Shown here piece by piece: positions 1 to 10,690 of a DNA stretch of 64,000 nt. A program made the position numbers and the translations under genes. Position 1 is the stretch's first letter, and every line of letters begins with the position of its first letter. The stretch comes from Armatimonadota bacterium (GTDB lineage Bacteria; Armatimonadota; UBA5829; DTLH01): NCBI GenBank assembly GCA_039680575.1, contig JBDKSP010000011.1, forward strand, positions 15,985 to 79,984, read 5' to 3'. Below the pieces are notes generated by a model. It was not told the origin of the DNA. It did no database searches and worked only from the letters and a program-made list of their open reading frames with translations.

Positions 1-19
1 TCTAGACCGTCGGCTGATA

Positions 20-1555
20 GTGAGCGATTTGCGCGCGTTCGTTCAGTTTGTAAGAGATCTTCTTGATATGGTCGGTGCAGAGCATGCCAGACGAATACTC
101 ACAAGGTATGGTTACTTTTGGGGGCAGGTTGATGCTCAGGCAATGAAGCGTCTTTTTCAATGGGATAGTCTGGAAGAGTTACTAAAGGCAGGGATGCGGC
201 TGCAGAGTATGCAGGGGATTGGAAAGGTAGTCGGGACAGCGCCTTTGCTGGACACAGAGAATGGCCGCTACCAAATGGAGGTAATCTGGTATAATTCCGG
301 GGCGGCTGAATACTACATGGACGAAATTGGCATTACATCTCATCCTGTTTGCTGGGTCAACACAGGCTATTCCACTGGATATGTGTCGTGTTGTGTCGAT
401 AAACCGGTCTACTTCATTGAGCGTGAGTGCAAAGGCAAGGGCGACGACCACTGCGTGGCGGTAGGAGCAGACGCAGACACTTGGGGTACGGAATTGGAAC
501 CTTATCTACAGTACTTCCAGGCTGATGATATTCAAGGGAAGATCAAAAGATTGACTGCGGAACTAATGCAGAAGAATGTCGAGCTTGAAGACCAGCGCAA
601 ACAGCGTTCGGATATGCATAGAAGCCACAGCGGAACAGAGGTGCCTCTAGGTTGCAGCGAATCTTACAAAAGGATAATCAAACAGGTAACACATGCTGCA
701 CCACTCATATCTCCAGTCCTCATAACAGGAGAAGCGGGTGTAGGAAAGCATTATATTACTCGTATGCTTTGTCGATTGTCTCATAGTGCAGCGGCACCAT
801 TGCAGGTTATACACTGCGGTGTCTTGTCGGGAACACTTCTGGATAGCGAACTCTTTGGACACGCAGCAGGTGCGTTTCCCGGAGTTGACCACGAAATAGC
901 CGGTCTGCTTGAAGCCGGTAATGGTGGTACTGTGCTTATTGATGAGATTGAACACACATCTCCTGCCGCACAGCTAAAAATACTGAGAGCCATAGAGTCT
1001 GGTGAAGTCGTGCGGTTGGGCGAAATTGTTCCAAGGCAGACAAACGTGAGGATTATTGCTTCCAGTGAGACTGAATTGGCTGAATTGGTCAGGCAGGGGA
1101 AGTTTCGCAGTGAACTTTACTACCAGTTGAGCTCGATACAGATCAATATTCCTCCTCTTCGGAACCGCCGAGAGGACATCCTGCCTATGGCTCGCGCAAT
1201 TCTTAGGGATCAATGCAGTAAGCTTAATCTGTGCAATATGAAACTGGATGTGACATGTCTAGACTATTTTCTGAAATATGATTGGCCCGGGAACGTCCGC
1301 GAACTGGAATATGTTGTCACCCGAGCCGCATTGCTGGCCAAGAAAGGTGTGATTACGCCGGAATGCCTGCCCGAATATATGCTGGGAACGGACTTGCGGC
1401 ACTGCTCAACAAAATACCTGACCCTGGATCAGGTAGAACGCGAACATATTAGGTCAGTATTGAGAAGTGTAGGAGGTAATAAAACACGTGCAGCGGAAGT
1501 GCTTGGAATTGGCTTGACAACACTCTGGAGAAAGCTTAAAGATATAGGGGATTAG
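20..1555 (+). CDS. XylR/DmpR-like enhancer-binding transcriptional regulator (XylR_N/V4R + AAA+ + Fis-type HTH); may begin upstream of the window
   Basis: V4R signature (PVCW..GYSTGY..ERECKGKGDDHC), Walker A GEAGVGK, Walker B VLIDE, WPGNVRELE, C-terminal GGNKTRAAEVLGIGLTTLWRKLK HTH. Confidence 0.9.
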   Translation: MSDLRAFVQFVRDLLDMVGAEHARRILTRYGYFWGQVDAQAMKRLFQWDSLEELLKAGMRLQSMQGIGKVVGTAPLLDTENGRYQMEVIWYNSGAAEYYMDEIGITSHPVCWVNTGYSTGYVSCCVDKPVYFIERECKGKGDDHCVAVGADADTWGTELEPYLQYFQADDIQGKIKRLTAELMQKNVELEDQRKQRSDMHRSHSGTEVPLGCSESYKRIIKQVTHAAPLISPVLITGEAGVGKHYITRMLCRLSHSAAAPLQVIHCGVLSGTLLDSELFGHAAGAFPGVDHEIAGLLEAGNGGTVLIDEIEHTSPAAQLKILRAIESGEVVRLGEIVPRQTNVRIIASSETELAELVRQGKFRSELYYQLSSIQINIPPLRNRREDILPMARAILRDQCSKLNLCNMKLDVTCLDYFLKYDWPGNVRELEYVVTRAALLAKKGVITPECLPEYMLGTDLRHCSTKYLTLDQVEREHIRSVLRSVGGNKTRAAEVLGIGLTTLWRKLKDIGD

Positions 1556-1620
1556 AACGAACGGTAAACCAACTGCAATCAGACCGTTCATAACAGGAGA
1601 CTAAGCGTTGATTTACGTCC

Positions 1621-2796
1621 TCAGAACGAATCTATGAGATAAAATACCGGCGTTCTCTTAGGAAAGACAGCTGCAAGCATCTCCGCGCCGGGCCGCGCTG
1701 GGAGAATTTCGGCTGGATTTCGATAACCGAAGACAAGATCTAGAAGCTGATATTGGGTAAGCCCGATCTTCAACTCTGATTGATGTTCCGAAACGGCAAC
1801 ATGACCGGGTGAAATGTCGAGAGTGATGTCACCGATGCCGTCTACCGTGATTGTCAACAGCGCCTCACTTCGTACATTCGCTGCTTGCTTAGAAAGCTCA
1901 GGCAGCAGCCGTTCGAACATATTACGCAGGTTCAAAACTTTCAACATCATATAACTGCACGTTTTGGGCTTAAGAGGTAAGGCGATTTCTGCAATAGCAG
2001 TGTTGATTGTGCTGTAATAAGACAGACGGCATATGAGTTCTTCAGCATGCACCTGTGTAGCAAGATCCCACACTTTATGCATAAGTGGCCTGAGCGAAGT
2101 CTCATGTGCCTCGCGGCAGCAAACCTCTGAAATCTGATAAGAGTTTCTGTAAGCATGTCCTGCAACATAACCCACTATCTCATCATCGCACTCAGCTACC
2201 CAAATATCGAAGTGTTCGGCTTCAGGGTTTATCGCAAACCCGCTCCAATAGCCGGGAGTGCGTATTGTGGACAGTGCTATATCGGAATTGAACTCGTTGT
2301 AGATAGAAACTACGGCTTTGGCGTCCTTGTTGTCATATGGCCGCACTGAGTACGGCGTATCGGCTGGCGTCAGGCGGGGCTTTGGGCTTGATGCACCGAC
2401 AGGAAAGTCGATTGTGCAGTATCCGAGGCGCTCGTAGTAGGGATTGATGCCTGTGAACAGCATAGAAAAATCCATTCCGGCATCGAACATAACCTCGATG
2501 GCATCTCTCATCGTTGCTGACGAGTATCCCTTTCCCTGAGACCCGGGAAGAGTGCCGACATTACTGATTCCGCCCATAACAAGCGTAGAACTCCCGCACC
2601 TGACCTCGCGGCGGACAATCTGAACGGCGCTAACGATGCGGCCTTCATCCTCGCAGACGCGAGTGTATTCAGGAGTAAACCAGGGGTCTCCATAGAAGTA
2701 TCGTTTGAAGTAACTGCGTGATGTATTTACAAAAGATTTGTCCCATAGATCGAGACATGTGTCGAACTCATCTGGTTTGATGCCTCTGATAATCAT
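1621..2796 (-). CDS. GNAT family acetyltransferase (Eis-like, tandem GNAT + SCP2-like C-terminus)
   Basis: MGGISNVGTLPGSQGKGYS acetyl-CoA motif, YYERLGY; length and layout like Eis family. Confidence 0.8.
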   Translation of the reverse strand: MIIRGIKPDEFDTCLDLWDKSFVNTSRSYFKRYFYGDPWFTPEYTRVCEDEGRIVSAVQIVRREVRCGSSTLVMGGISNVGTLPGSQGKGYSSATMRDAIEVMFDAGMDFSMLFTGINPYYERLGYCTIDFPVGASSPKPRLTPADTPYSVRPYDNKDAKAVVSIYNEFNSDIALSTIRTPGYWSGFAINPEAEHFDIWVAECDDEIVGYVAGHAYRNSYQISEVCCREAHETSLRPLMHKVWDLATQVHAEELICRLSYYSTINTAIAEIALPLKPKTCSYMMLKVLNLRNMFERLLPELSKQAANVRSEALLTITVDGIGDITLDISPGHVAVSEHQSELKIGLTQYQLLDLVFGYRNPAEILPARPGAEMLAAVFPKRTPVFYLIDSF

Positions 2797-3197
2797 TAAA
2801 GATCTCCGTCGGGCTTGAAGTCCGTAAACCCGTAGGGCATGTAGTCTGAAAGCAACCTTACGATAACAGAGCCGCTAGTATTTGCAGATATGATAGTCAG
2901 AGATTTGCCTGAGGCGAACTCCTGTATTACCTGGAGACATGCGCCGCAGGGGCTAGATGGAGTTCCGTCCGCAACAACTGCTATAGCCTCGATTTCTTGT
3001 TCCCCTGCTGCTACAGCGTTCGCTATTGCGACTCGTTCCGCGCAGATCGTAAGGCCGAAAGAGACATTCTCGATGTTGCAGCCGGTAAAGATGCGGTTGC
3101 TGGATGTAAGTACCGCTGCACCCACCGGGAACTTCGAATAAGGTGCATATGCGTTCTTTCTTGCCTCTGCCGCCGCACGAATCAGTTTATCGTTCAA
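2796..3197 (-). CDS. cdd: Cytidine deaminase
   Basis: AYAPYSKFPVGAA, GCNIEN, CAERVA, PCGACLQ zinc motifs; TTG start at 3197 after AGGGGA RBS. Confidence 0.95.
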   Translation of the reverse strand: MNDKLIRAAAEARKNAYAPYSKFPVGAAVLTSSNRIFTGCNIENVSFGLTICAERVAIANAVAAGEQEIEAIAVVADGTPSSPCGACLQVIQEFASGKSLTIISANTSGSVIVRLLSDYMPYGFTDFKPDGDL

Positions 3198-3216
3198 TCC
3201 GCAATCCCCTTCACCC

Positions 3217-5574
3217 TCAGATAAGCGCCACAATGGTAGCGCCTGCGCCGCCTTCTGCCTGTTCTCCGAGTCTGTATGACTCCACCGCCGGATGGCCCTT
3301 CAGGAATTGCCAGACAGCGAGCTTCAGCGCGCCGGTACCCTTGCCGTGGATTATGCGGACCTGGGACAGCCCAGCTCCCTGCGCTTCGTCGAGATACTTT
3401 TCGAGCTTATACAGCGCTTGTTCAGCGCGCTGGCCGATCAGGTTTATCTCACCGGAGATATTTGCGGCCTTGGTGAGCGTTACGCTCATTCCGGTCGGTT
3501 CAGGAGCATGCTCTTCTTTTTTACTGCCCCTGGATGGCCTGAGGGATGCTTCCGGGACGTTTACGCGCATTACGCCGATCATCACGAGCGCTTCGCCGTC
3601 TCGGATATCATCCACAAGCACGCCTTCCTGGTTCAGGTTCGCAATTCGCACATTATCGCCCTTTTTGAAGACCACGCCTTCTACCGGAAGGTCTTCCTCG
3701 GGCTCAGGCTGTATGATAAGCTCGTCGCGGACCTTTTCGATGGACTCTCTTGCGTCTTTTTTGATCTGCTCTGAACGACTGCCTTCACGGCTGATCTTCG
3801 AGAGTTCAGAAAGTGATTTTTCCAGCTTTTTGGTGTAGCGTTCTATAACCTGTTTGCCCTGGATACGGACTTCATCCTCTGCTCTGGCTCTCGCTGCCTG
3901 GAGCTTTCGGATTTCCTCTTCGTAACGAAGCCGGAGTGACTCAGCTTCGTTATAAGATTTCTTTGCCTGGTGCCGGTCTTCCATGGCAGCTCGCTGGTTT
4001 TCTTCGATACGCCGGATAATCTCGTCTGTGCCATTCTCGCGGCCGGAAAGCGCATCTTCAGCTTGCTTTATAATATCATCAGGCATACCAAGCCGGGACG
4101 CTATCGCAAATGCGTTGCTGCTGCCGGGAACACCCATCATAAGCCTGTAAGTCGGACGAAGGGTTTCCGGGTCGAATTCCACGCTGGAGTTTTGAATGCC
4201 TTCGCGGGCGAATGCGAATTCTTTCAACTCACCATAGTGTGTGGTCGCGATCATTCGGGTACCCTTGTCCAGCAGATGCTCAAGAATAGCCTTGGCAAGC
4301 GCAGCGCCTTCTGCAGGGTCCGTACCTGCTCCAAGCTCGTCGAATAGGACGAGAGAGTTAGGCCGGATACCCCTTACGACGTCTACGATATTTCGTACAT
4401 GCGCCGAAAAAGTGGATAGAGACTGCTCTATGCTCTGCTCATCACCGATGTCCGCGAACACTTGGTCGAAGACAGCTGCTTCTGTCCCTACACCGGCGGA
4501 AACATGCATCCCGGACTGCGCCATCAGCGTAAGGAGCCCGACTGTCTTCAGAGTGACGGTCTTGCCTCCCGTGTTCGGTCCGGTAATTAGGAGCGCCTTG
4601 AACCTGCGGCCAAGCTCGATGTCTATCGGCACTACATCACCATGAAGAAGTGGGTGTCTAGCCTGCACGAGTCTCATCCAGCCGTTTTTGTTCAGAATCG
4701 GCTCAGTCGCGTTCATTGCAAGTGAAAGCTTTGCTTTCGCCGTAACGAAGTCCAGATGGCCTATGACTTCGAGCGTCGAAAGCGCATTCTGCGCGGAGGC
4801 AGCTACTTCACGGCTCAGTTTTATCAGGACCTTCTCTACTTCCTCATACTCTTTTGAGGCAAGATGCTTCAGGTCGTTTCCAAGCTCGACTATCTGCTCA
4901 GGCTCGACAAAGACCGTTGCTCCTGAAGTGCTTGAGTCGTGAACAATCCCTTTGACTTGCGCGCGATATTCGATCTTCACCGGTACGCAGTAGCGTTCGC
5001 TGCGCTGAGTTATGACAGGATCCTGGAGAGCCGTTTTATACTGTGCCGATTGGACAATCGAGTTCAGCCGCTCCATAATCTTCGAATGCTTCGACTTGAT
5101 GTCAGAACGAACACGGGCGAGAGCGGGGCTGGCTGAGTCGAGTATTTCGCCGCCCTGGTTTATCGACTGGGCGACGTTTCTCTCTATATCGTCGAAGGTA
5201 GACATCCTGGAAGCGATCTCTCCGAGAAGCGGAAATTCGTCTTTTCTTTTTACAAGGAACCCTCGAAGTCTTCTGCCAGAACCTAAAGTATGAGCCACAC
5301 TGAGGAGTTCCACCGGCGTGAGCATCGATCCAAGCTCGGCTTTATAAATAGAAGGCCGGATATCCGTTATCCCGCCGAGTGGGATGCTTCCATTTGAAAG
5401 GAGTATTCCGCGAGCTTCTGAAGTCTCCGACTGCATTCGTTCGATCCAGTCGACATCCGTCTGCGGGACGAGCGCAAGCGCACGCTCCCGGCCGAGCGAA
5501 CAGGCGGTGTGCTCCGCAAGCGCGTTCACAACCTTATCATATTCAAGAACCTTAAGTGTATGGCCTTCCATCAT
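3217..5574 (-). CDS. mutS2: Endonuclease MutS2
   Basis: ITGPNTGGKT Walker A, SLSTFS, DELGAGTDP, C-terminal Smr domain IIHGKGTGAL. Confidence 0.97.
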   Translation of the reverse strand: MMEGHTLKVLEYDKVVNALAEHTACSLGRERALALVPQTDVDWIERMQSETSEARGILLSNGSIPLGGITDIRPSIYKAELGSMLTPVELLSVAHTLGSGRRLRGFLVKRKDEFPLLGEIASRMSTFDDIERNVAQSINQGGEILDSASPALARVRSDIKSKHSKIMERLNSIVQSAQYKTALQDPVITQRSERYCVPVKIEYRAQVKGIVHDSSTSGATVFVEPEQIVELGNDLKHLASKEYEEVEKVLIKLSREVAASAQNALSTLEVIGHLDFVTAKAKLSLAMNATEPILNKNGWMRLVQARHPLLHGDVVPIDIELGRRFKALLITGPNTGGKTVTLKTVGLLTLMAQSGMHVSAGVGTEAAVFDQVFADIGDEQSIEQSLSTFSAHVRNIVDVVRGIRPNSLVLFDELGAGTDPAEGAALAKAILEHLLDKGTRMIATTHYGELKEFAFAREGIQNSSVEFDPETLRPTYRLMMGVPGSSNAFAIASRLGMPDDIIKQAEDALSGRENGTDEIIRRIEENQRAAMEDRHQAKKSYNEAESLRLRYEEEIRKLQAARARAEDEVRIQGKQVIERYTKKLEKSLSELSKISREGSRSEQIKKDARESIEKVRDELIIQPEPEEDLPVEGVVFKKGDNVRIANLNQEGVLVDDIRDGEALVMIGVMRVNVPEASLRPSRGSKKEEHAPEPTGMSVTLTKAANISGEINLIGQRAEQALYKLEKYLDEAQGAGLSQVRIIHGKGTGALKLAVWQFLKGHPAVESYRLGEQAEGGAGATIVALI

Positions 5575-5745
5575 TTCCCATGAATTATACCAAAGGGCAG
5601 GATAGGCAGCAAGGAAGCAGGCGAAATTTTGTATAACTATTCAGTATGAACTATAGGAGTTTTCCCTTCACTTCTGGCAGCAACGCAACTTAGCTTCAGT
5701 GGAAAGCAGTCTGATAAATATTTATATTATGTCTATCTGGTACTG

Positions 5746-5779
5746 CTGACACTGTTTGTCAGTTGATATATGCTACAAT
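5746..5779 (+). promoter_or_regulatory. Putative cas operon promoter: CTGACA-N5-TGTCAG palindrome followed by extended -10 (TGcTACAAT)
   Basis: Inverted repeat at 5746-5762 and TGCTACAAT at 5771-5779 in the AT-rich mutS2/cas3 divergent intergenic region. Confidence 0.5.
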
Positions 5780-5839
5780 GCCTATCAGATGTGCTTGCAG
5801 TCATAAGATATGCGTTATGGAAAAGATGAAGGTGAATAT

Positions 5840-8431
5840 ATGGACACAAAGATTACTGATCGCGATATTGTAAGGATACTGTGGGCGAAATCGAACCCGC
5901 CTCACCCCCTCTGGTGTCATCTGCTGGATACCGCTGCTGTGTGCGAGCAGCTTATAAACTGCTTTGGCTGCCCCGAAGATATTCCACCTCTATGGACAAT
6001 GTATCTGGCGGCGCTCCACGATATAGGGAAAGCAGATTCGGAGTTTCAGGAACAGCGTGGCGAGGGATTCAGGCATGAATCGATGTCTGGAGACTGGGTA
6101 TACAGATATTTGACCAGTGCCGATCTGGACTGGGGCGAATATGCCGCAAAACTCGCAGAAGCGGTGCTTCGAAGCCACCACGGAAACTTTAAGCCGAAGC
6201 CTTGCGGTCATCCAGCCGATTACAACACCTGGGAAGGCATTCGTCTGCAGCTTGCCGAGATAGTCGCGGATGCACTTAATTTGCATAGTGAACCGTTTTC
6301 CCCGCCCGCTTTCGGCAATTCAAGCTCCACCGGAGTCAAACTGATCGGACTGACTGTCCTGTCGGACTGGATCGCATCAAACGAAGAGCTTTTCCGCTAT
6401 CATCTCATCGACAACAACTTGAAACCCCAGGAATACTGGCAGAATGCACAGGTAAATGCAGCCCGCGCTGTCGAGACGCTTCAGTTGGACCAGCCGGTCA
6501 GCCCAATCCAAGGGAATGAGACCCCTTCTTTTCGTGACATCTGGCCGGATATCCAAGAGCTGAAGCCGTCACAGAGGACTATCGAAGAATCCTGCATAAA
6601 AGGTATTCCTCCGGGGCTTGTTATCATCGAAGCGCCTATGGGAGAAGGCAAAACGGAGTCCGCGATATATATCGCCGAGTGCTGGAGGAGAAAATACGGC
6701 ACTAAAGGGACCTATATCGCGCTTCCAACTATGGCTACAAGCAACCAGATGCACCATAGATATAGCGAATTCCTGTCCAATCGTCGCCCCGCTGTCGGTG
6801 CTCCTCGGCTGGTGCATGGGATGGCGTGGCTGATCGATAATACCTCGCCTGATAACGGCCCGGATACGTTCGGTGATGACCCGAATGAAGAACAGTTACT
6901 CGCGCGTGAGTGGTTCAGCCCCTCGAAGCGGGCATTGATCGCGCCGGAAGGCGTCGGAACAATCGATCAGGTCCTTATGGCTGCGCTGAACGTAAAGCAC
7001 GGCTTCCTGCGGCTGCTTGGAATCTCCTCGAAGACGCTTATTATCGACGAAGTCCACGCATACGATGAGTATATGACGGTTATCCTCGAACGGCTCCTCG
7101 AATGGTGCAGGACGCTCAAAATACCCGTAATTATGCTCTCAGCCACGCTTTCAAAGCCGCAGAAAGAGCGATTGATCGAGGCATATCAGGGAAAACCGGA
7201 TGATTGTCCCGCGTACCCGCTCATTACCATAGTCCCGATGGATGGGAGTGAGACAAAATCCATATCTGTCGAAGGGCAAAAGACTCGAAAAGTGCTGGTG
7301 GAGCAGCATCCGGGTATGCTGGATGATCCAAAAGCCGCCGCTGATCTGGCAGTTGAGCTGGTAAAGGATGGCGGCTGCGCATGTGTGCTGGTGAACACCG
7401 TAAAGCATGCCCAGGCCGTCTATAAAGAGCTAAAGGAACTGCTTCCCGACGAAAAAGAACGCTATCTATTCCATGCAAGGTTCCCTGCATGGAGAAGAAA
7501 TGAAATAGAAGAACAAATAGGAGGAAGTAAGGACAAGGGAAGAATCGGCTTGTTCGGCAAAAAGGCTGTAGAGAAAGGGACTCGGCCAACGAAAGCAGTG
7601 CTTGTCGCCACTCAAGTCGTCGAGCAGAGCATCGACCTGGACTTCGATGTCATGATCTCACAGCTTGCCCCAATCGACCTATTACTTCAGCGGACAGGCA
7701 GGCTTTGGCGGCATAGAGAAACCGATGCTTTTCGCCCGCCGCATCTGAAAGATACACTTCATATACTTATGCCGGACCGTACGCTGGGGGACTCGAAATA
7801 TGTTTACGGAGAATCAGCGCTTCTTCGTACAATGGCGATTCTTGAAAACCGGAATGTGTTCAACCTCCCGGATGATTTCAGGCCGCTGATAGATGATTGC
7901 TACGGGGATAGGTGCGTTATAGGCAGTATGGTTTCGGAGCGGATACAGCGGCTGGCTGACGCTGAGGCTGAGATAAAGAAAGAAATGAGCGCAGGAAAAG
8001 CGTCCTTATGCCTCATACCGCTCCCTTCTGATCGAGAGTTCTCTCTTGTAAGGCCAAACGCCGCTATATTAAGGAATGAGTCCGATGGAGATACGGCCAG
8101 CTACTTCAACACGAGCACGCGGCTGGACAGCAATACCTGCCCGGTTATGCTGCTGGAAGACCCAGTGCTGATTGCAGCGGCGCATAAGAAGAAAACTCCC
8201 CCGAAAGATGTGCTTAAAGAGCTGTTCCTTAACAAAGTGGACATTCCGTCTTCCTGGATCAGAGATGCTCAACCGGCGGACGGATATGGACCTCTGTTTT
8301 CAGACGCTAAGTGGCTTCGCCGGACAACCGTGATCCCGCTCATCGACAGCAAATGGAGGGGGATACGGCAAGGCAAGAATTTCGAGATAACTGTGGATGA
8401 TATTTTGGGAGTGGAGGTTGGGTGCCAATGA
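5840..8431 (+). CDS. cas3: CRISPR-associated helicase/nuclease Cas3 (type I-E)
   Basis: HD domain (HLLD, LHDIGK, HHG, SDWIAS), APMGEGKT, DEVH, SAT, QRTGRLWRH helicase motifs. Confidence 0.97.
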   Translation: MDTKITDRDIVRILWAKSNPPHPLWCHLLDTAAVCEQLINCFGCPEDIPPLWTMYLAALHDIGKADSEFQEQRGEGFRHESMSGDWVYRYLTSADLDWGEYAAKLAEAVLRSHHGNFKPKPCGHPADYNTWEGIRLQLAEIVADALNLHSEPFSPPAFGNSSSTGVKLIGLTVLSDWIASNEELFRYHLIDNNLKPQEYWQNAQVNAARAVETLQLDQPVSPIQGNETPSFRDIWPDIQELKPSQRTIEESCIKGIPPGLVIIEAPMGEGKTESAIYIAECWRRKYGTKGTYIALPTMATSNQMHHRYSEFLSNRRPAVGAPRLVHGMAWLIDNTSPDNGPDTFGDDPNEEQLLAREWFSPSKRALIAPEGVGTIDQVLMAALNVKHGFLRLLGISSKTLIIDEVHAYDEYMTVILERLLEWCRTLKIPVIMLSATLSKPQKERLIEAYQGKPDDCPAYPLITIVPMDGSETKSISVEGQKTRKVLVEQHPGMLDDPKAAADLAVELVKDGGCACVLVNTVKHAQAVYKELKELLPDEKERYLFHARFPAWRRNEIEEQIGGSKDKGRIGLFGKKAVEKGTRPTKAVLVATQVVEQSIDLDFDVMISQLAPIDLLLQRTGRLWRHRETDAFRPPHLKDTLHILMPDRTLGDSKYVYGESALLRTMAILENRNVFNLPDDFRPLIDDCYGDRCVIGSMVSERIQRLADAEAEIKKEMSAGKASLCLIPLPSDREFSLVRPNAAILRNESDGDTASYFNTSTRLDSNTCPVMLLEDPVLIAAAHKKKTPPKDVLKELFLNKVDIPSSWIRDAQPADGYGPLFSDAKWLRRTTVIPLIDSKWRGIRQGKNFEITVDDILGVEVGCQ

Positions 8432-9996
8432 ATAAGACTTTTAACCTACTAAAAGAACCCTGGATTCATGTAGTCCAGGACAATGAGTTAGTGGAGATGA
8501 ATCTCCGCGATGTTTTGTGCTTGGCGGACAAGATATCGGAAATATCCGATCCGCTGCCGATAGTGGAATTCGGCCTTTCCCGACTGCTCGTTGCGCTCGT
8601 TATGGATGTTTTTCACCTCTATGACAGCCGCGACAGTTTCGGCCTGAGGGACCTGCTGAATACCGGTCATTTCGACCCCGCGCAGATAGATGAATATTTC
8701 GAAGTAAACGGTCCCTACTTCGATCTGTTCGACGCCAAAAGGCCATTCCTGCAGATGGCTGATGTCGACAGCCCGGTAAAGCCACTTTCCGGGCTTCTAT
8801 CATGCGTCCCATCAGGGACGGCAGCAACTCACTTTCACCACTACGGTGAAATGGAGTTCAGCGTATCCCCAGCCGCGGCGGCCAGGCTTCTTACTACGAT
8901 TGCGCCGTTTATGACCGCAGGCGGCGCGGGACTGGCTCCGTCCATCAACGGCGCTCCACCCTGGTATGTGCTTGTCAGGGGAGAGAACCTGTTCGAGACC
9001 ATCTGCCTGAACTGCTTTGTCGGGAATACCGGGTTATCAGGCGATGCTCCGCCTGCATGGAGGAACCCGCTGCCGCCAAAGACCGACGGCCGGTGCGCGG
9101 GTGCAAGCCTGCCGGAAGCATTGACCTGGCGGCCAAGGCTGATACAGCTCATTCCTGGTAACTCTGGAGTCTGTTCCATGTCAGGCGAGGAGTGCGATGT
9201 TCTCGTCCAGACGATGAGATTCAAGGCAGGAGCATCCTGCAACTTCGCATGGACCGACCCCAATGTGCCGTATAAGTACTCAGAAAAAGGGGCGCTGGTG
9301 ATGAGACCGCAGGACGGCAGGGAGATCTGGCGCGACACCGGGCCGCTCGCGCTCTTGAACGATAACGCATATAAATCTTCGGATGCCAAAGTGAAATTCT
9401 CCCGTCCGCTGATTGTCGACCAGTTCCAGGAGTTATATAGCCACAAGGATAAACCGTTCTCTTTTGCCGTCTATGGTATGCGGACCGATATGAAGATGAA
9501 AGTCTTCGAGTGGCAAAAGGAAGTCCTTTCCGTTCCTGTAGAGTTGGTCATAGGTCAGAACCACGCAATCTTTGCGCAGGACTTTATCGACGAAGCGGAC
9601 AAGGTAGAATACGCGCTGAGAAAAGCGATAAAGCATCTCTACCCCAGGGACGGCGCGGGCAACTCGAATGCGTTCGAGTCGGTGATTGCCAACGCCAGGC
9701 GGCAATACTGGTCGCACCTTCGACCTCACTACAATGACCTGCTAAAGGAGATGGCCAAGCATTCTGAGGATGAATTGGCCGAAGCTAAATATGCGCTTCA
9801 GGACGAGTGGCGCACTCACGAGAAAAAGGCCGCTATGGAAGCATTCCATACCGCATCGGAGGATTTGGACACCTACGCAGAGAATATCCGGCGTCAGGCT
9901 GAAGCCGGACGGCAACTGCAATCTTCTATAAATGGCGTGTTTTTGAGCCCGGAAGAGAAAGCGGCGAGAAAGAAGTCCAAAACAAGGAGGAAATGA
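8428..9996 (+). CDS. cas8e: Type I-E Cascade large subunit Cas8e/Cse1 (CasA)
   Basis: FNLLKEPWI N-terminus, FDLFDAKRPFLQ, GENLFETICLN; position directly after cas3 with ATGA overlap. Confidence 0.92.
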   Translation: MNKTFNLLKEPWIHVVQDNELVEMNLRDVLCLADKISEISDPLPIVEFGLSRLLVALVMDVFHLYDSRDSFGLRDLLNTGHFDPAQIDEYFEVNGPYFDLFDAKRPFLQMADVDSPVKPLSGLLSCVPSGTAATHFHHYGEMEFSVSPAAAARLLTTIAPFMTAGGAGLAPSINGAPPWYVLVRGENLFETICLNCFVGNTGLSGDAPPAWRNPLPPKTDGRCAGASLPEALTWRPRLIQLIPGNSGVCSMSGEECDVLVQTMRFKAGASCNFAWTDPNVPYKYSEKGALVMRPQDGREIWRDTGPLALLNDNAYKSSDAKVKFSRPLIVDQFQELYSHKDKPFSFAVYGMRTDMKMKVFEWQKEVLSVPVELVIGQNHAIFAQDFIDEADKVEYALRKAIKHLYPRDGAGNSNAFESVIANARRQYWSHLRPHYNDLLKEMAKHSEDELAEAKYALQDEWRTHEKKAAMEAFHTASEDLDTYAENIRRQAEAGRQLQSSINGVFLSPEEKAARKKSKTRRK

Positions 9997-9999
9997 GCA

Positions 10000-10689
10000 G
10001 TGATCGAAACACCGACTGATACTCCGGTTGTTCCAGAGGAAACCCAAAATGATTACCTTGCTTACGATCTGAAGTTTATCTGTGATCTGGCGAAGCATCT
10101 GAATGGCGACAGAGGCAAGGCTGCCATGCTTCGCAGAAACGCGGGGAATACAATCGCGGAATCGAGAAACATCGATTGGTTCTTCCACCTGCTTGGCGGA
10201 CGTCCCATCACACGTCTGAATGATGGTACGTTCAAAGACGAAGAGGCCTATTTCGTCATTTCGACGCTGTTTGCATCGGACAAAGCCAGTATCGAGTGCT
10301 TTGCTGATAAAGAAGCTGAGACGAAGCCGGCTAACGGCAATTTCGGTTACACGCTGTACCGGCTTAAAAAGAAGATATGCGATGTGGAATCTGCAGAAAA
10401 GACATTCGACCGCAGGTTCGGCATCCTTCTCGATGCCGATTTCGACCCGCAGCTTGGCGGAAGCCTTTCGTTCAGACTCAGGCAGATGACAAAGCGTGTA
10501 ATCGCTGAGAAAGACCCTGCATTAAGTATCAACTGGCCGCAGTTGTTGCGCGATATAAAGCGCTGGAACGGCAGTAAAAAGCCCACTCAGAAGAGCTGGG
10601 CGCGCAGCTATTATGCACCGGTTTTCAAGTCCAGCGACGAGAAACCGGAATCGGACGAAAAACAAGACCACATACAAGGAGATTATTAA
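10000..10689 (+). CDS. cse2: Type I-E Cascade small subunit Cse2 (CasB/Cas11)
   Basis: A.LRR, RRF..LL, INWPQLLRDI..W, WARSYY motifs; position in operon. Confidence 0.9.
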   Translation: MIETPTDTPVVPEETQNDYLAYDLKFICDLAKHLNGDRGKAAMLRRNAGNTIAESRNIDWFFHLLGGRPITRLNDGTFKDEEAYFVISTLFASDKASIECFADKEAETKPANGNFGYTLYRLKKKICDVESAEKTFDRRFGILLDADFDPQLGGSLSFRLRQMTKRVIAEKDPALSINWPQLLRDIKRWNGSKKPTQKSWARSYYAPVFKSSDEKPESDEKQDHIQGDY

Positions 10690-10690
10690 A

